Assembly (NCBI GenBank): GCA_963778865.1
Contig: CAVZWF010000005.1
Span: forward strand, 144,233 to 208,232
Reading direction: 5' to 3'
DNA from: an uncultured beta proteobacterium
Lineage (GTDB): Bacteria > Pseudomonadota > Gammaproteobacteria > Burkholderiales > SG8-41
Length of the DNA stretch: 64,000 nt
Numbering within the stretch: position 1 is the first letter of the stretch; the number at the start of each line of letters is the position of its first letter. The notes below the pieces were generated by a model. That model made no database searches and was not told the DNA's origin. It worked only from the letters and a program-made list of their open reading frames with translations. The position numbers and the translations under genes are program-made. Shown piece after piece: positions 1 through 8,470 of this stretch.

Positions 1-336
1 CTCGCCGCTGATCGACTGGGTTTGCAGGAACAGCCGTCCCGATGCGTCGCCGCCGTTGTGCGCGCGCAGCTCGATGCCGCTTTCGATGTCGTGCTCGCTG
101 CCGCTCACGATTTCGTCGAGAAAGCGGCTCGCCTGGCGCGCGTTGCGCGCGACTTCCGACATGCCTTTCTTGTTGCCGTCGAGTTCCTCGAGCGTGGCCA
201 TCGGAATGTAGATATCGTGTTCCTCGAAGCGGAACAGGCTGGTCGGATCGTGCATCAGCACGTTGGTGTCGAGCACGAAGAGCTTGACGCTGGCGGGTAG
301 GCGCGTGACTGCGGAAGCGGCTTTACGCTGGGTCAT
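1..336 (-). CDS. PhoH-like ATPase with N-terminal PIN domain (5' part only, continues past left edge)
   Basis: Minus-strand translation from ATG at 336 reads MTQRKAASAVTRLPASVKLFVLDTNVLMHDPTSLFRFEEHDIYIPMATLEELDGNKKG. This is the PIN-domain N-terminus typical of PhoH2/YlaK-like proteins. It is not in the ORF track because it runs off the window. Confidence 0.7.
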   Translation of the reverse strand, partial: MTQRKAASAVTRLPASVKLFVLDTNVLMHDPTSLFRFEEHDIYIPMATLEELDGNKKGMSEVARNARQASRFLDEIVSGSEHDIESGIELRAHNGGDASGRLFLQTQSISGE

Positions 337-795
337 TTAGAGCGTATTCGACGAATTCGAGGACTTCCTGGGCGTGGCCCGGCACCTTGACGCCGCGCCA
401 CTCGCGGCGCGAGCTGGCCGCGCGCATCGAACACGAACGTGCTGCGCTCGATGCCGCGCACCTGGCGGCCGTACATGTTTTTCATCTTGATGACGCCGAA
501 GAGCTTGCACGCGGTTTCCTCCGCGTCGGACAGGAGCTCGAACGGGAAAGTGCATTTTGGCCTTGAAGCCCTCGTGCGACTTCAGGCTGTCGCGCGACAC
601 GCCGAAGATCGCGCATTTCAGCTTCTGGAACTGCGGATAGAGGTCGCGGAAATTCTGGCCCTCGGTGGTGCAGCCCGGCGTGTTGTCCTTGGGGTAGAAG
701 TAGAGGACGACCGGGTGGCCGCGCTGCGCGGATAACGTGAAAGTCGTGTTGCTGGTGGCGGGAAGTTCGAAATCGGCAAACGGAAGCTTGGCCAT
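323..795 (-). CDS. bcp: Thiol peroxidase / peroxiredoxin Bcp (two frameshifts as given)
   Basis: ORF 337..795 gives VVLYFYPKDNTPGCTTEGQNFRDLYP (peroxiredoxin active site). After KAKMHFP the homologous text continues in a second frame (FELLSDAEETACKLFGVIKMK), then a third (QEVLEFVEYAL, stop 323..325). Confidence 0.85.
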
Positions 796-954
796 GGACG
801 CTGATAAAGATGAGACTGAGGGTGATTGTCGGGTAAATATCGCGGCTAGGCAAGTGCGCCCGCGCCGACTGTCATCATAATTTTGTAACGCCGGGAAGCA
901 ACCTCGCGGAACAGTCCCATCGGCGCCGCCGCGTGTCGCGGATCGCGCGCTTGC

Positions 955-1876
955 TCATGCCGCTGCATGAGCGAGAAATTCCTCGCCTTGCACCGCCAGC
1001 GTGCCGGAGCGGCCGGGCACTTCCGCGACGGTTACGACGTGACGCGGCAGCGACCGGACGTCCAGCGACGCGAAATAGTCCCCGAGCGAAACCAGTTCAT
1101 GCCCGGCGGCGCGCCAGCCTGCAATGAGACGCTCGAACACGGGCAGAAGCTTCATGCCTTCGAGTTCGGCGTGCAGCGTATAGACGTGGCCGGTCGGCAG
1201 GGGATCGCTGCTCAAGTGCAAGCAGGTGATCCGCCACATTGTCGGGCGTCAGGCCGTCGACGCCGATCAGTTCGTCGAGCGTCGGCAGCGTCGTCGGCAG
1301 TTGCGGGCACGCGATGATTTCCGCGCGGTAAATGGGAATGAACGGCTGGCTGCCGCGCGTGTCGGAGCAGTAATCGAAGCCCAGTTGCTGCGTGAGACGG
1401 TAAGCGTGGCGGTTCATCTGCCAGCCCGCCGCGCCGTGCACGTGCGCGCGCTCGCCGAAAATGTCCGCATAGCGGTCGCAGGCGAGTTGCATTTCGCGCG
1501 CGGTCCAGCGCGCGTCCGCCGCCGCGACATTGTCCTGCCATTTGACGTGGTCCCACGTGTGGATGCCGGTGTCGAAGCCGGCGTCGCGCACGTTGCGCAG
1601 AATATCGGCGCAGCGCCGGCCGATATCGGAGCCGGGCAGCGCCGTGCCGTAGAGCAGCGTCACGATGCCGTAATGCTCGAGCACGGACGTGCGCGAGACC
1701 TTTTTCATGAAGCCGGGCCGAAATATGCGCTTGATCGCGCGGCCGGTGTGATCGGGACCGAGGCTGAACAGGAAAGTCGCGCCCGCCGCGTATTTCTTCA
1801 GCAATTCGACGAGCCGCGGCACGCCGACGCGCGTGCCGCGATAGGTGTCGACGTCGATTTTGAGAGCGAATTTCAT
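955..1876 (-). CDS. arnD: 4-deoxy-4-formamido-L-arabinose-phosphoundecaprenol deformylase (polysaccharide deacetylase family), one frameshift near 1235
   Basis: ORFs 1097..1876 and 955..1239. MKFALKIDVDTYRGT...GIHTWDHVKW is NodB/ArnD-like. Sits at the end of the arn locus. Confidence 0.8.
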
Positions 1877-1882
1877 TAAGCG

Positions 1883-1984
1883 GTGATGAGTGAATGAGTG
1901 ATCGAGTGACGGGCGAAATCGTAACGCACGCGAGCTCTAGGCTTGTAATCGCCATTACCCATCACTCATTACTCATTACACGTC
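1883..1984. repeat. Intercistronic inverted repeat with heptamer-periodic arms (GTGATGA GTGAATGA GTGATCGA GTGAC ... CATCAC TCATTAC TCATTAC AC)
   Basis: Left arm 1883..1910 is imperfectly complementary to right arm about 1958..1984. Lies between the arnA-decarboxylase stop (1988) and the arnD start (1876). Confidence 0.6.
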
Positions 1985-1987
1985 AGC

Positions 1988-3032
1988 TCAGTCCACCAAT
2001 CGCCGCGCGTCGCCGACATGCGTGCGGTAGGCGTCGAATATGTGCTTCAACGCGGCCTGCATGGTCACGCGCGGTTTCCACTTGAGGTCAGTGCACGTGT
2101 TGGTGATTTTCGGCACGCGGTTCTGCACGTCCTGGTAGCCCTTGCCGTAGTACGCGGCGGCGGTCGTCTTGATCAGGCGCACTTTTTTGGCGCTCGTCCG
2201 GTATTCCGGGTAGGTCAGCGCGAGATCGAGCATCATCTGCGCGAGGTCCCTGACCGAAAAGTTGTTTTTCGGATTGCCGATGTTATAAATCTTGCCACCT
2301 GCAACGCCACCTGCGTTGTCGATGATTTTCATCAGCGCGTCGATGCCGTCGCTGATGTAGGTGAACGCGCGTTTCTGCGTGCCGCCGTCGACGAGCTTGA
2401 TGTTTTCGCCGCGCACGATGTGGCCGAGGAACTGGGTGATCACGCGCGAACTGCCTTCCTTCGCCGTGTGGATGCTGTCGAGCCCGGCGCCTATCCAGTT
2501 GAACGGGCGGAACAGCGTGAAGTCGAGCCTGCCTTCGGAGCCGTAGGCCCAGATCACGCGGTCCATCAGCTGCTTGCTGCACGAATAGATCCAGCGCTGT
2601 TTCGCGATCGGGCCCCAGCACGAGTTCCGAATTTTCGGAATCGAACTCGCCGTCGCGGCACATGCCGTAGACTTCGGAGGTCGACGGAAACAGGATGCGC
2701 TTGCCGTATTTGACGCACGAGCGCACGATCGGCAGGTTGGCTTCGAAATCCAGTTCGAATACGCGCAGCGGCTCCTTGACGTAAGTGGCGGGAGTCGCAA
2801 TCGCGACCAGCGGCAGCACCGTATCGCATTTGCGGATGTGGTATTCGATCCACTCGCGGTTGATCGTGATGTCGCCTTCGAAGAAATGAAAGCGCGGATG
2901 CTTGAGCAGGTCGGACACGCGCTCGTTCTGCATGTCCATGCCGTAGACTTCCCAGTCGGTGGTCTTGATGATGCGCTGCGACAGGTGATGGCCGATGAAG
3001 CCGTTGACGCCGAGTATCAGTATTTTTTTCAT
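1988..3032 (-). CDS. arnA: UDP-glucuronate decarboxylase/dehydrogenase (ArnA C-terminal-domain homologue as a separate gene), one frameshift near 2620
   Basis: ORFs 2283..3044 and 1988..2800. [17 protein letters not shown] Rossmann motif, STSEVYG, and [16 protein letters not shown] (SDR YxxxK). Confidence 0.85.
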
Positions 3033-3068
3033 GTTGTCTCGCAAACTGGAAGTGCCTGCAAATATACC

Positions 3069-3096
3069 CCCTCTCCCCGCGTTAGCGGGGAGAGGG
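3069..3096. repeat. REP-like perfect hairpin CCCTCTCCCCGC-gtta-GCGGGGAGAGGG followed by a GGGTGAGGGG tail
   Basis: 12-bp perfect stem seen directly. Overlaps the last codons of the formyltransferase ORF (the PSPQPSPR tail). Confidence 0.6.
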
Positions 3097-4041
3097 TTGG
3101 GGTGAGGGGATAGCTGAGGTGACTTCTATGGGTTTATCGCCGAAGCGCGCCAGAAAATCCGCCGCGCTGACGGGTTGTCCGTCGAGATCCATTTCAAGGA
3201 CGCGCAGTGTAACGCCATCCGCGCAGGTTGCATAACACGCGCCGCGCTCGACGTAGAGCTGCGGCCGCGGCGCACCCGGGCGCGGCCGCGCTTTCCACGC
3301 GCGTGCGCAGTATACGCAATGTCCTGCCGCCGATCTCGGTAAAGGCGCCGGGGTAGGGCGGCGCCACGCCGCGCACCAGATTGTGTATGCGCGCCGCCGG
3401 CAGGCGCCAGTCGATGCGCCCGTCTTCCGGCTTGCGTCCGCCGTAATATCCGCCCTGCGTGAGGTCCTGCGGCCTGCGCGGCGCATTGCCATTGATGAGC
3501 GCGGGCAGGCTGCGGTCGAGCACGCGCGCCGCCGCCGCGGTGACTTTGCGAAACACGTCCGCCGCGGTGTCGTCGGGCAGTATGGGGACCGCCTCCTGAT
3601 CCACGATATCGCCGGCATCCGGCTTGGCCGTCATGTAATGCAGCGTGGCGCCGGTTTCGCGTCTCGCCGTTGATCACCGCCCAGTTCACCGGCACGCGCC
3701 CGCGGTATTTCGGCAGCAGCGAGCCGTGCATGTTGAGCGCGCCGCGTTTCGGCACGGCGAGCAGCGGCGGCTTCAGCATGTTGCGGTAATAGAACGAAAA
3801 CAGGAAGTCCGGCGCCAGCGCGCGGATGCGATCGACGGTATCCGGCGCATTCGGATCGTCCGGCGCAATCGCCGGCAGGCCGCGGCTGGCGGCGAGCTCG
3901 CTTGACGCTGTCGAACCAGATCTTCTCGGCGGGGTTGTCGTCATGCGTGACGACCAGCGACACGTCGACGCCGTGGTTCAGCAATACCGAGAGACATTGG
4001 ACGCCGACGTTGTGATAGGCGAAGACGACGGCGGAGGTCAT
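3082..4041 (-). CDS. arnA: UDP-4-amino-4-deoxy-L-arabinose formyltransferase (ArnA N-terminal-domain homologue as a separate gene), at least three frameshifts
   Basis: Pieces in ORFs 3631..4164 ([17 protein letters not shown]), 3126..3944 ([14 protein letters not shown]...[25 protein letters not shown]), 3194..3634 and 3082..3618. Formyltransferase HxSLLPxxRG motif. Confidence 0.8.
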
Positions 4042-4043
4042 GG

Positions 4044-4204
4044 GTGAAACGTGAATCGTGAAACGTGAATCGTGAGTCGTGAGTCGAAAATGTGAAGGCA
4101 GCGAGTATTTTGTGGTGCCGGCGCAACCGCGCCAGCTCTTCGATTTTGACGACTCACGATTCACGATTCACCATTCACGGATTTATTCACCATTCACCAT
4201 TCAC
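4044..4204. repeat. Large inverted repeat built from tandem heptamers (6 x GTGA[A/G][A/T]C, about 64-bp spacer, then 6-7 x complementary [G/C]A[T/C]TCAC)
   Basis: GTGAAAC GTGAATC GTGAAAC GTGAATC GTGAGTC GTGAGTC at 4044..4085. GACTCAC GATTCAC GATTCAC CATTCAC ...CATTCAC CATTCAC at 4151..4204. Fills the arnC-to-formyltransferase spacer. Confidence 0.75.
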
Positions 4205-5155
4205 GCATCTGTCTTCTCAAGCACCGCCTGCATCAGATACCGCGGCCGGCTGCGCACCTGCTGGTAGATGCGGCCGATGTACTCGCCGAGCAGGCCCGAG
4301 ACCGAACAGGACGAGGCCCGTCAGAAAAAACTGCAGGATGTCGCGGTCCCACAGCGCCAGCAGCCCTTCGCGCATGCTGTCCGCCGCGATCCAGCGCTGC
4401 ACGATGACGCCGATGTATACCAGCACGGACACCACGGCGACGAACATGCCGAGCAGCGAAAACACCTGCAACGGCACGATGGAAAAGCCGGTCACGAGGT
4501 CGAAGTTGAGCCGGATCAGGCTGTAGAGCGAATATTTCGATTCGCCGGCGGCGCGTTCCTCGTGCGCGACCTCGACTTCGGTCGGGTTGCCCGCGTAGGT
4601 GTAGGCGAGCGCGGGAATGAAGGTATTGATCTCGCTGCTCGATTTGATGGCATCGACGATGCGCCGGTCGTACGCGCGCAGCATGCAGCCCTGATCGGTC
4701 ATGCGTATGCGGGTGATGCGCTCGCGTATCCAGTTCATGGTGCGCGAGGCATAGCGGCGGAACGCGGAATCCTGACGCTGCAGGCGCACGGTTCCGACGT
4801 AATCGTGACCGCTGGTCCATCGCCGCCAGCAGCTTGCCGATTTCCTCGGGCGGATTCTGCAGGTCGGCGTCGAGCGTGACGATGCGGCTGCCGCGGCAAT
4901 GCTCGAAGCCCGCCATGATCGCCATGTGCTGGCCGAAGTTGCCGTTGAACAGAATCACGCGCGTGACGTCGGGCCGCGCTCGAATTGTTCGCGCAACAGC
5001 GCCGCCGAGCGGTCGCGGCTGCCGTCGTTGATGAACACCACTTCGTAGCTCGCGCCCAGCGCGTCGAGCGCGGGATACAGGCGCGCGAACAGCAGCGGCA
5101 GCGCCTGCTCTTCGTTGTAAACCGGAATGATCACGGAAACGGTCGGTGCGGTCAT
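4201..5155 (-). CDS. arnC: Undecaprenyl-phosphate 4-deoxy-4-formamido-L-arabinose transferase (GT2), at least three frameshifts
   Basis: ORFs 4955..5155 ([11 protein letters not shown]), 4233..4958 ([20 protein letters not shown]...[13 protein letters not shown]) and 4217..4789. Final frame reads [30 protein letters not shown] with stop 4201..4203. Confidence 0.85.
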
Positions 5156-5230
5156 GATTTGGTTATCGATTTCATGCGCATGGTAACCGATGCACCGTGC
5201 ACGCGTCGACTGCGCGGGCAGCGTGTCATG

Positions 5231-5602
5231 TCACGAACGCGTCACCAGAACGACGCCGATGATGATGACGCCGATGCCGGCGAGCCGCATCGGCGTCACC
5301 GCTTCGCCGAAGAGATACCATGCGGCGATCGCATTGACCACGTAACCCACCGACAGCAGCGGATACGCGATGCTGACTTCGACGCGCGACAGCGCCATGA
5401 TCCACACGATCACGCTGATGACGTAGCAGCCGAGTCCGCCGACGATGTGCGGTTCGGTCGCGAGCTTCCAGCCGACCGGGAGGAGGTTGTCGCGGCTGAA
5501 TTCGAACACGCCGACGCTGTTGGTGCCGGCCTTGAGCAGGAGCTGTGCGCCGGCGTTGAGCAGTACGCCGGTCATCAGCAGGGAAAAACTGACTGCGTTC
5601 AT
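5231..5602 (-). CDS. Small four-TM SMR/EamA-like membrane protein, ArnE/ArnF-like flippase subunit candidate
   Basis: Intact 123-aa hydrophobic ORF between arnT and arnC. Assignment rests on size, topology and position. Only one such gene is present. Confidence 0.6.
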   Translation of the reverse strand: MNAVSFSLLMTGVLLNAGAQLLLKAGTNSVGVFEFSRDNLLPVGWKLATEPHIVGGLGCYVISVIVWIMALSRVEVSIAYPLLSVGYVVNAIAAWYLFGEAVTPMRLAGIGVIIIGVVLVTRS

Positions 5603-5620
5603 GGTGGATTCTCCGTCAAG

Positions 5621-7247
5621 TTAGCGCGCCACGGTGCGCACGAACACGCGCTCGGTATCGCGCGCAATCAACTGCATGGGAAGTTGCGCCTGCTGCAATT
5701 CAGCGAATACTTCAAGGCTCATGACCGCCAGCGCGTAATCGTCGCTGCGCCACCGGCGCTCGAATTCGGCGAGCGTCGGCACCCATAAGCGCGGGTTCCT
5801 GCTGCGAGGCCGTAGGCCATTTCGTCCTGGTAATCGACCAGCGTCACCGTGCGTTTGATATAAAACGGCAGCGTCTGTTCGTAGGTGCGCACGCTGTAAA
5901 TCGGCGCATCGGGCTTCAGGTAAGGTTTGAGTTCCTGCGCCAGATGATACGTCGAATGCGCGGGCGACAGCGCGTCTTCGCTCGCCACCAGCAATTGCGT
6001 CGTTGCGAGCCCCGCGAAGGCGCACGCGATGATCGCGGGCCTGACCTGCTGCCGCGCCACGGCGAAGACCATGGCGGCCAGCGTGCCCGCGAGCAACGTC
6101 GCGCCCGCGGCATAGAGCCAGGGAATTTGCGCGAGATACAGCGCGGCCGGAATTCCCTCCGAGGCGAGCCTGACCGTATAGGGCGCTGCGATCAACCCGG
6201 CCACCGCCAGCAGCGGCGACCGGCGCAAGTTGCAGCGCCAGCGCGCGTCCGCTGATGGTCGTCAGGCGCAGCCCGATGACGAGCGCCAGCGCGGGAAAGA
6301 CCGGCAGGATGTAGGAGGGCAGCTTGGAGCCGGATAGCGGAAAAGAACGCGAAAATAAAGCCGGCCCACAACAGCGTGAACAGCAGGGGATCGAAGTCGC
6401 GGCCTCCGGCGAGCCGCTTGCGCGCATTGATTAGCGCATCGATGAGCGTGACGAGCCACGGCAGGATGCCCGCCAGCAGGATCGGGAATGAAAAAATACC
6501 ACGGCTGGTAGCGCTGATGAATGGTCGAGGTGTAGCGCTGCAGGTGTTCGTGCACGAAAAAGAACCACGCGAACTCGGGATTTTCGAGCGATACCGCGAT
6601 GAACCACGGCGCCGTGATCGCCAGAAACAGGAGGCCGCACGATGACGAGATGCAATTTGCGCAGCAGCGAGAAATCGCGCTTGACCAGCATGTAGAGCAC
6701 CACGACCGCGCCCGGCAGGACGATGCCGATCAGGCCTTTGCTCAATACCGCCAGCGCGCAACCCGCGGCGGCGACGTGCATCCAGCGCCGGTTGGTGCGG
6801 GCATCCGCGCGCGGATCGAGTCCGAGCAGGATGCCCGCAAGCGCCACCGTCAGGAAAAATGCGAGCCCCATGTCGAGCGTGAGGATGTGGGCGAGCGCCG
6901 AGTAGAGCACGCTGCTGCGCGAGCACCAGCGCGGTATACAGGCCGGCGGTCGCGCCGTAGAGCCGCGCGCCGACAAAATACATCAGCAGCACGCCGAGCA
7001 ATCCGGTCAGCGCCGGCCACAGGCGCGCCGTCCAGTGGTGTTCGCCGAACACGCGGTAGGCGGCGGCGGTCGCCCAGTATTGCAGCGGCGGCTTCTCGAA
7101 ATACTTGATGCCGTTCAGGCGCGGCGTGAGCCAGTCGCCGCTTTGCGCCATGTAGCGCGGAATTTCGGAGTAGCGGCCTTCGTCGGAGAGCGACAGTTTG
7201 CGGTATTCGAGATTGCCGCACCAGATGACGACGGCGACAAGCAGCAT
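5621..7247 (-). CDS. arnT: 4-amino-4-deoxy-L-arabinose lipid A transferase (GT83/PMT-like), multiple frameshifts
   Basis: Pieces in ORFs 6192..7247 (DEGRYSEIPRYMAQSGDWLTPRLNGIKYFEKPPLQYW), 6431..6976, 6262..6555, 5719..6228 and 5621..6427. Confidence 0.8.
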
Positions 7248-7323
7248 CAGCCACCATCCGCGTGGCGCGGGCAGGGCCGTGCTCGACAGTGGACGATGCG
7301 GGTGAACTGCTCAAATGGGATGG

Positions 7324-7332
7324 AATTATAGC
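7324..7332 (-). promoter_or_regulatory. Candidate extended -10 element (TGCTATAAT on minus strand) upstream of arnT
   Basis: Reverse complement of ATTATAGCA at 7324..7332, about 75 nt upstream of the arnT ATG. No clear -35 was checked. Confidence 0.3.
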
Positions 7333-7409
7333 ACCCGCACCACTGGCGGTCAGCGCGCGGCTGCGTTGCCGCGCGCGACGTCTTCGCGGCAGCGCGCGCG
7401 CGAGCCGTG

Positions 7410-8441
7410 TCAAACACGCTGTCTTCGTTCGCGCTCACCGTGAGCGATGCGCCGTGCGCGAGGCCGCGGATAATGCTTGAGCGTCGAGCGCGTGTACGCG
7501 GGGTCGTAGTGCATTTCCAGCAGTTCGCGCACCAGCGCATCCCACGCGCCGTTGGCGGCGAGCGCTTTCCATGCCGCGATCTGCGCCTGTCCGTAATGCG
7601 CGGCGAGACAATCGAGCTGCGTGCCGAGCGCCGCGGCGTCGGCGACAAAATGGCGTATTCGTCTCTTCAGCATCTCGACGCGCAGCTCGATCGACGTCTC
7701 CAGCCTGACGCACGCGCTGTCCCACATCGCCGCGATCAGCGTCTGCGGCACGCGCAGGTTGCCGATCTTCTTGCTTTCCGCTTCGACGAATACGGGCTGC
7801 GCGCGATCGAATCCGCGCAAGGCCGACCACACCAGGCTTTCGAACATTTTCTGCGCGGGTTGCGGCTCGTCGGGCAGATTGCCGAGCACCGATCCGCGAT
7901 GCGCGGCCAGCGCTTCGAGATCGAGCACCTGCGCGCCCTGTTGCGCAAGCGCGCGCAACAGCCGGCTTTTGCCCGAGCCGGTGAGCCCGCATATGACGCG
8001 CCAGTCGTAGCGCTGCGGCAGGACTTCGAGGTCGTCGATGACCGCGCGCCGGTAGGTTTTGTAACCGCCGTCGAGCCGCGCCGCGCGCCAGCCGACCTGC
8101 TGCAGCACGTGCGTGAGCGCGGCGCTGCGGCTGCCGCCGCGCCAGCAGTAGACGAGCGGACGCCAGGTGCGCGGGCGCTGCGCGAAGGTGGCGTCGAGGT
8201 GGCTGGCGATATTGCGGCTGACGAGCGCCGCGCCGAGTTTCTTGGCGTCGAACGCGGACACCTGCTTGTAGATGGTGCCGACGCGCGCGCGCTCGGCGTC
8301 GTTCAGCACCGGGCAGTTGATCGCGCCGGGAATATGATCTTCGGCAAATTCGGATTCGGAGCGCGTGTCGATAATCTCGTCAAACTCGGCGAGTTGTGCT
8401 ACGGTGACCAGGTCGCCACTGCACGCGAATGCAGTACCCAA
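7410..8441 (-). CDS. selU: tRNA 2-selenouridine synthase (rhodanese + P-loop); C-terminal end uncertain (probable frameshift near 7470)
   Basis: ORF 7410..8441 has the CWRGGSRS rhodanese loop and the GLTGSGKS P-loop. The tail plausibly continues in ORF 7247..7648 (GLAHGASLTVS...). Confidence 0.85.
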   Translation of the reverse strand: MGTAFACSGDLVTVAQLAEFDEIIDTRSESEFAEDHIPGAINCPVLNDAERARVGTIYKQVSAFDAKKLGAALVSRNIASHLDATFAQRPRTWRPLVYCWRGGSRSAALTHVLQQVGWRAARLDGGYKTYRRAVIDDLEVLPQRYDWRVICGLTGSGKSRLLRALAQQGAQVLDLEALAAHRGSVLGNLPDEPQPAQKMFESLVWSALRGFDRAQPVFVEAESKKIGNLRVPQTLIAAMWDSACVRLETSIELRVEMLKRRIRHFVADAAALGTQLDCLAAHYGQAQIAAWKALAANGAWDALVRELLEMHYDPAYTRSTLKHYPRPRARRIAHGERERRQRV

Positions 8442-8470
8442 ATTAAGCCCCGATGAACAATCCGATGGAC

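Noticed and set aside
4044-4204. Possible CRISPR array or other tandem-repeat locus
   Set aside because: The units are 7 bp and contiguous, with no unique spacers, and are arranged as two inverted arms. No cas genes are nearby.
3941-4526. ORFs with HDSRFTIHDSRFT-type repeats (3941..4126, 4079..4267, 4092..4526, N-terminus of 3631..4164)
   Set aside because: These are translations of the heptamer inverted repeat on both strands. There is no independent coding signal.
7247-7648. 133-aa minus-strand ORF between selU and arnT as a separate gene
   Set aside because: Its upstream part looks like the out-of-frame C-terminal tail of selU (GLAHGASLTVS...). The remainder runs through the putative arnT promoter. 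There is no family resemblance.
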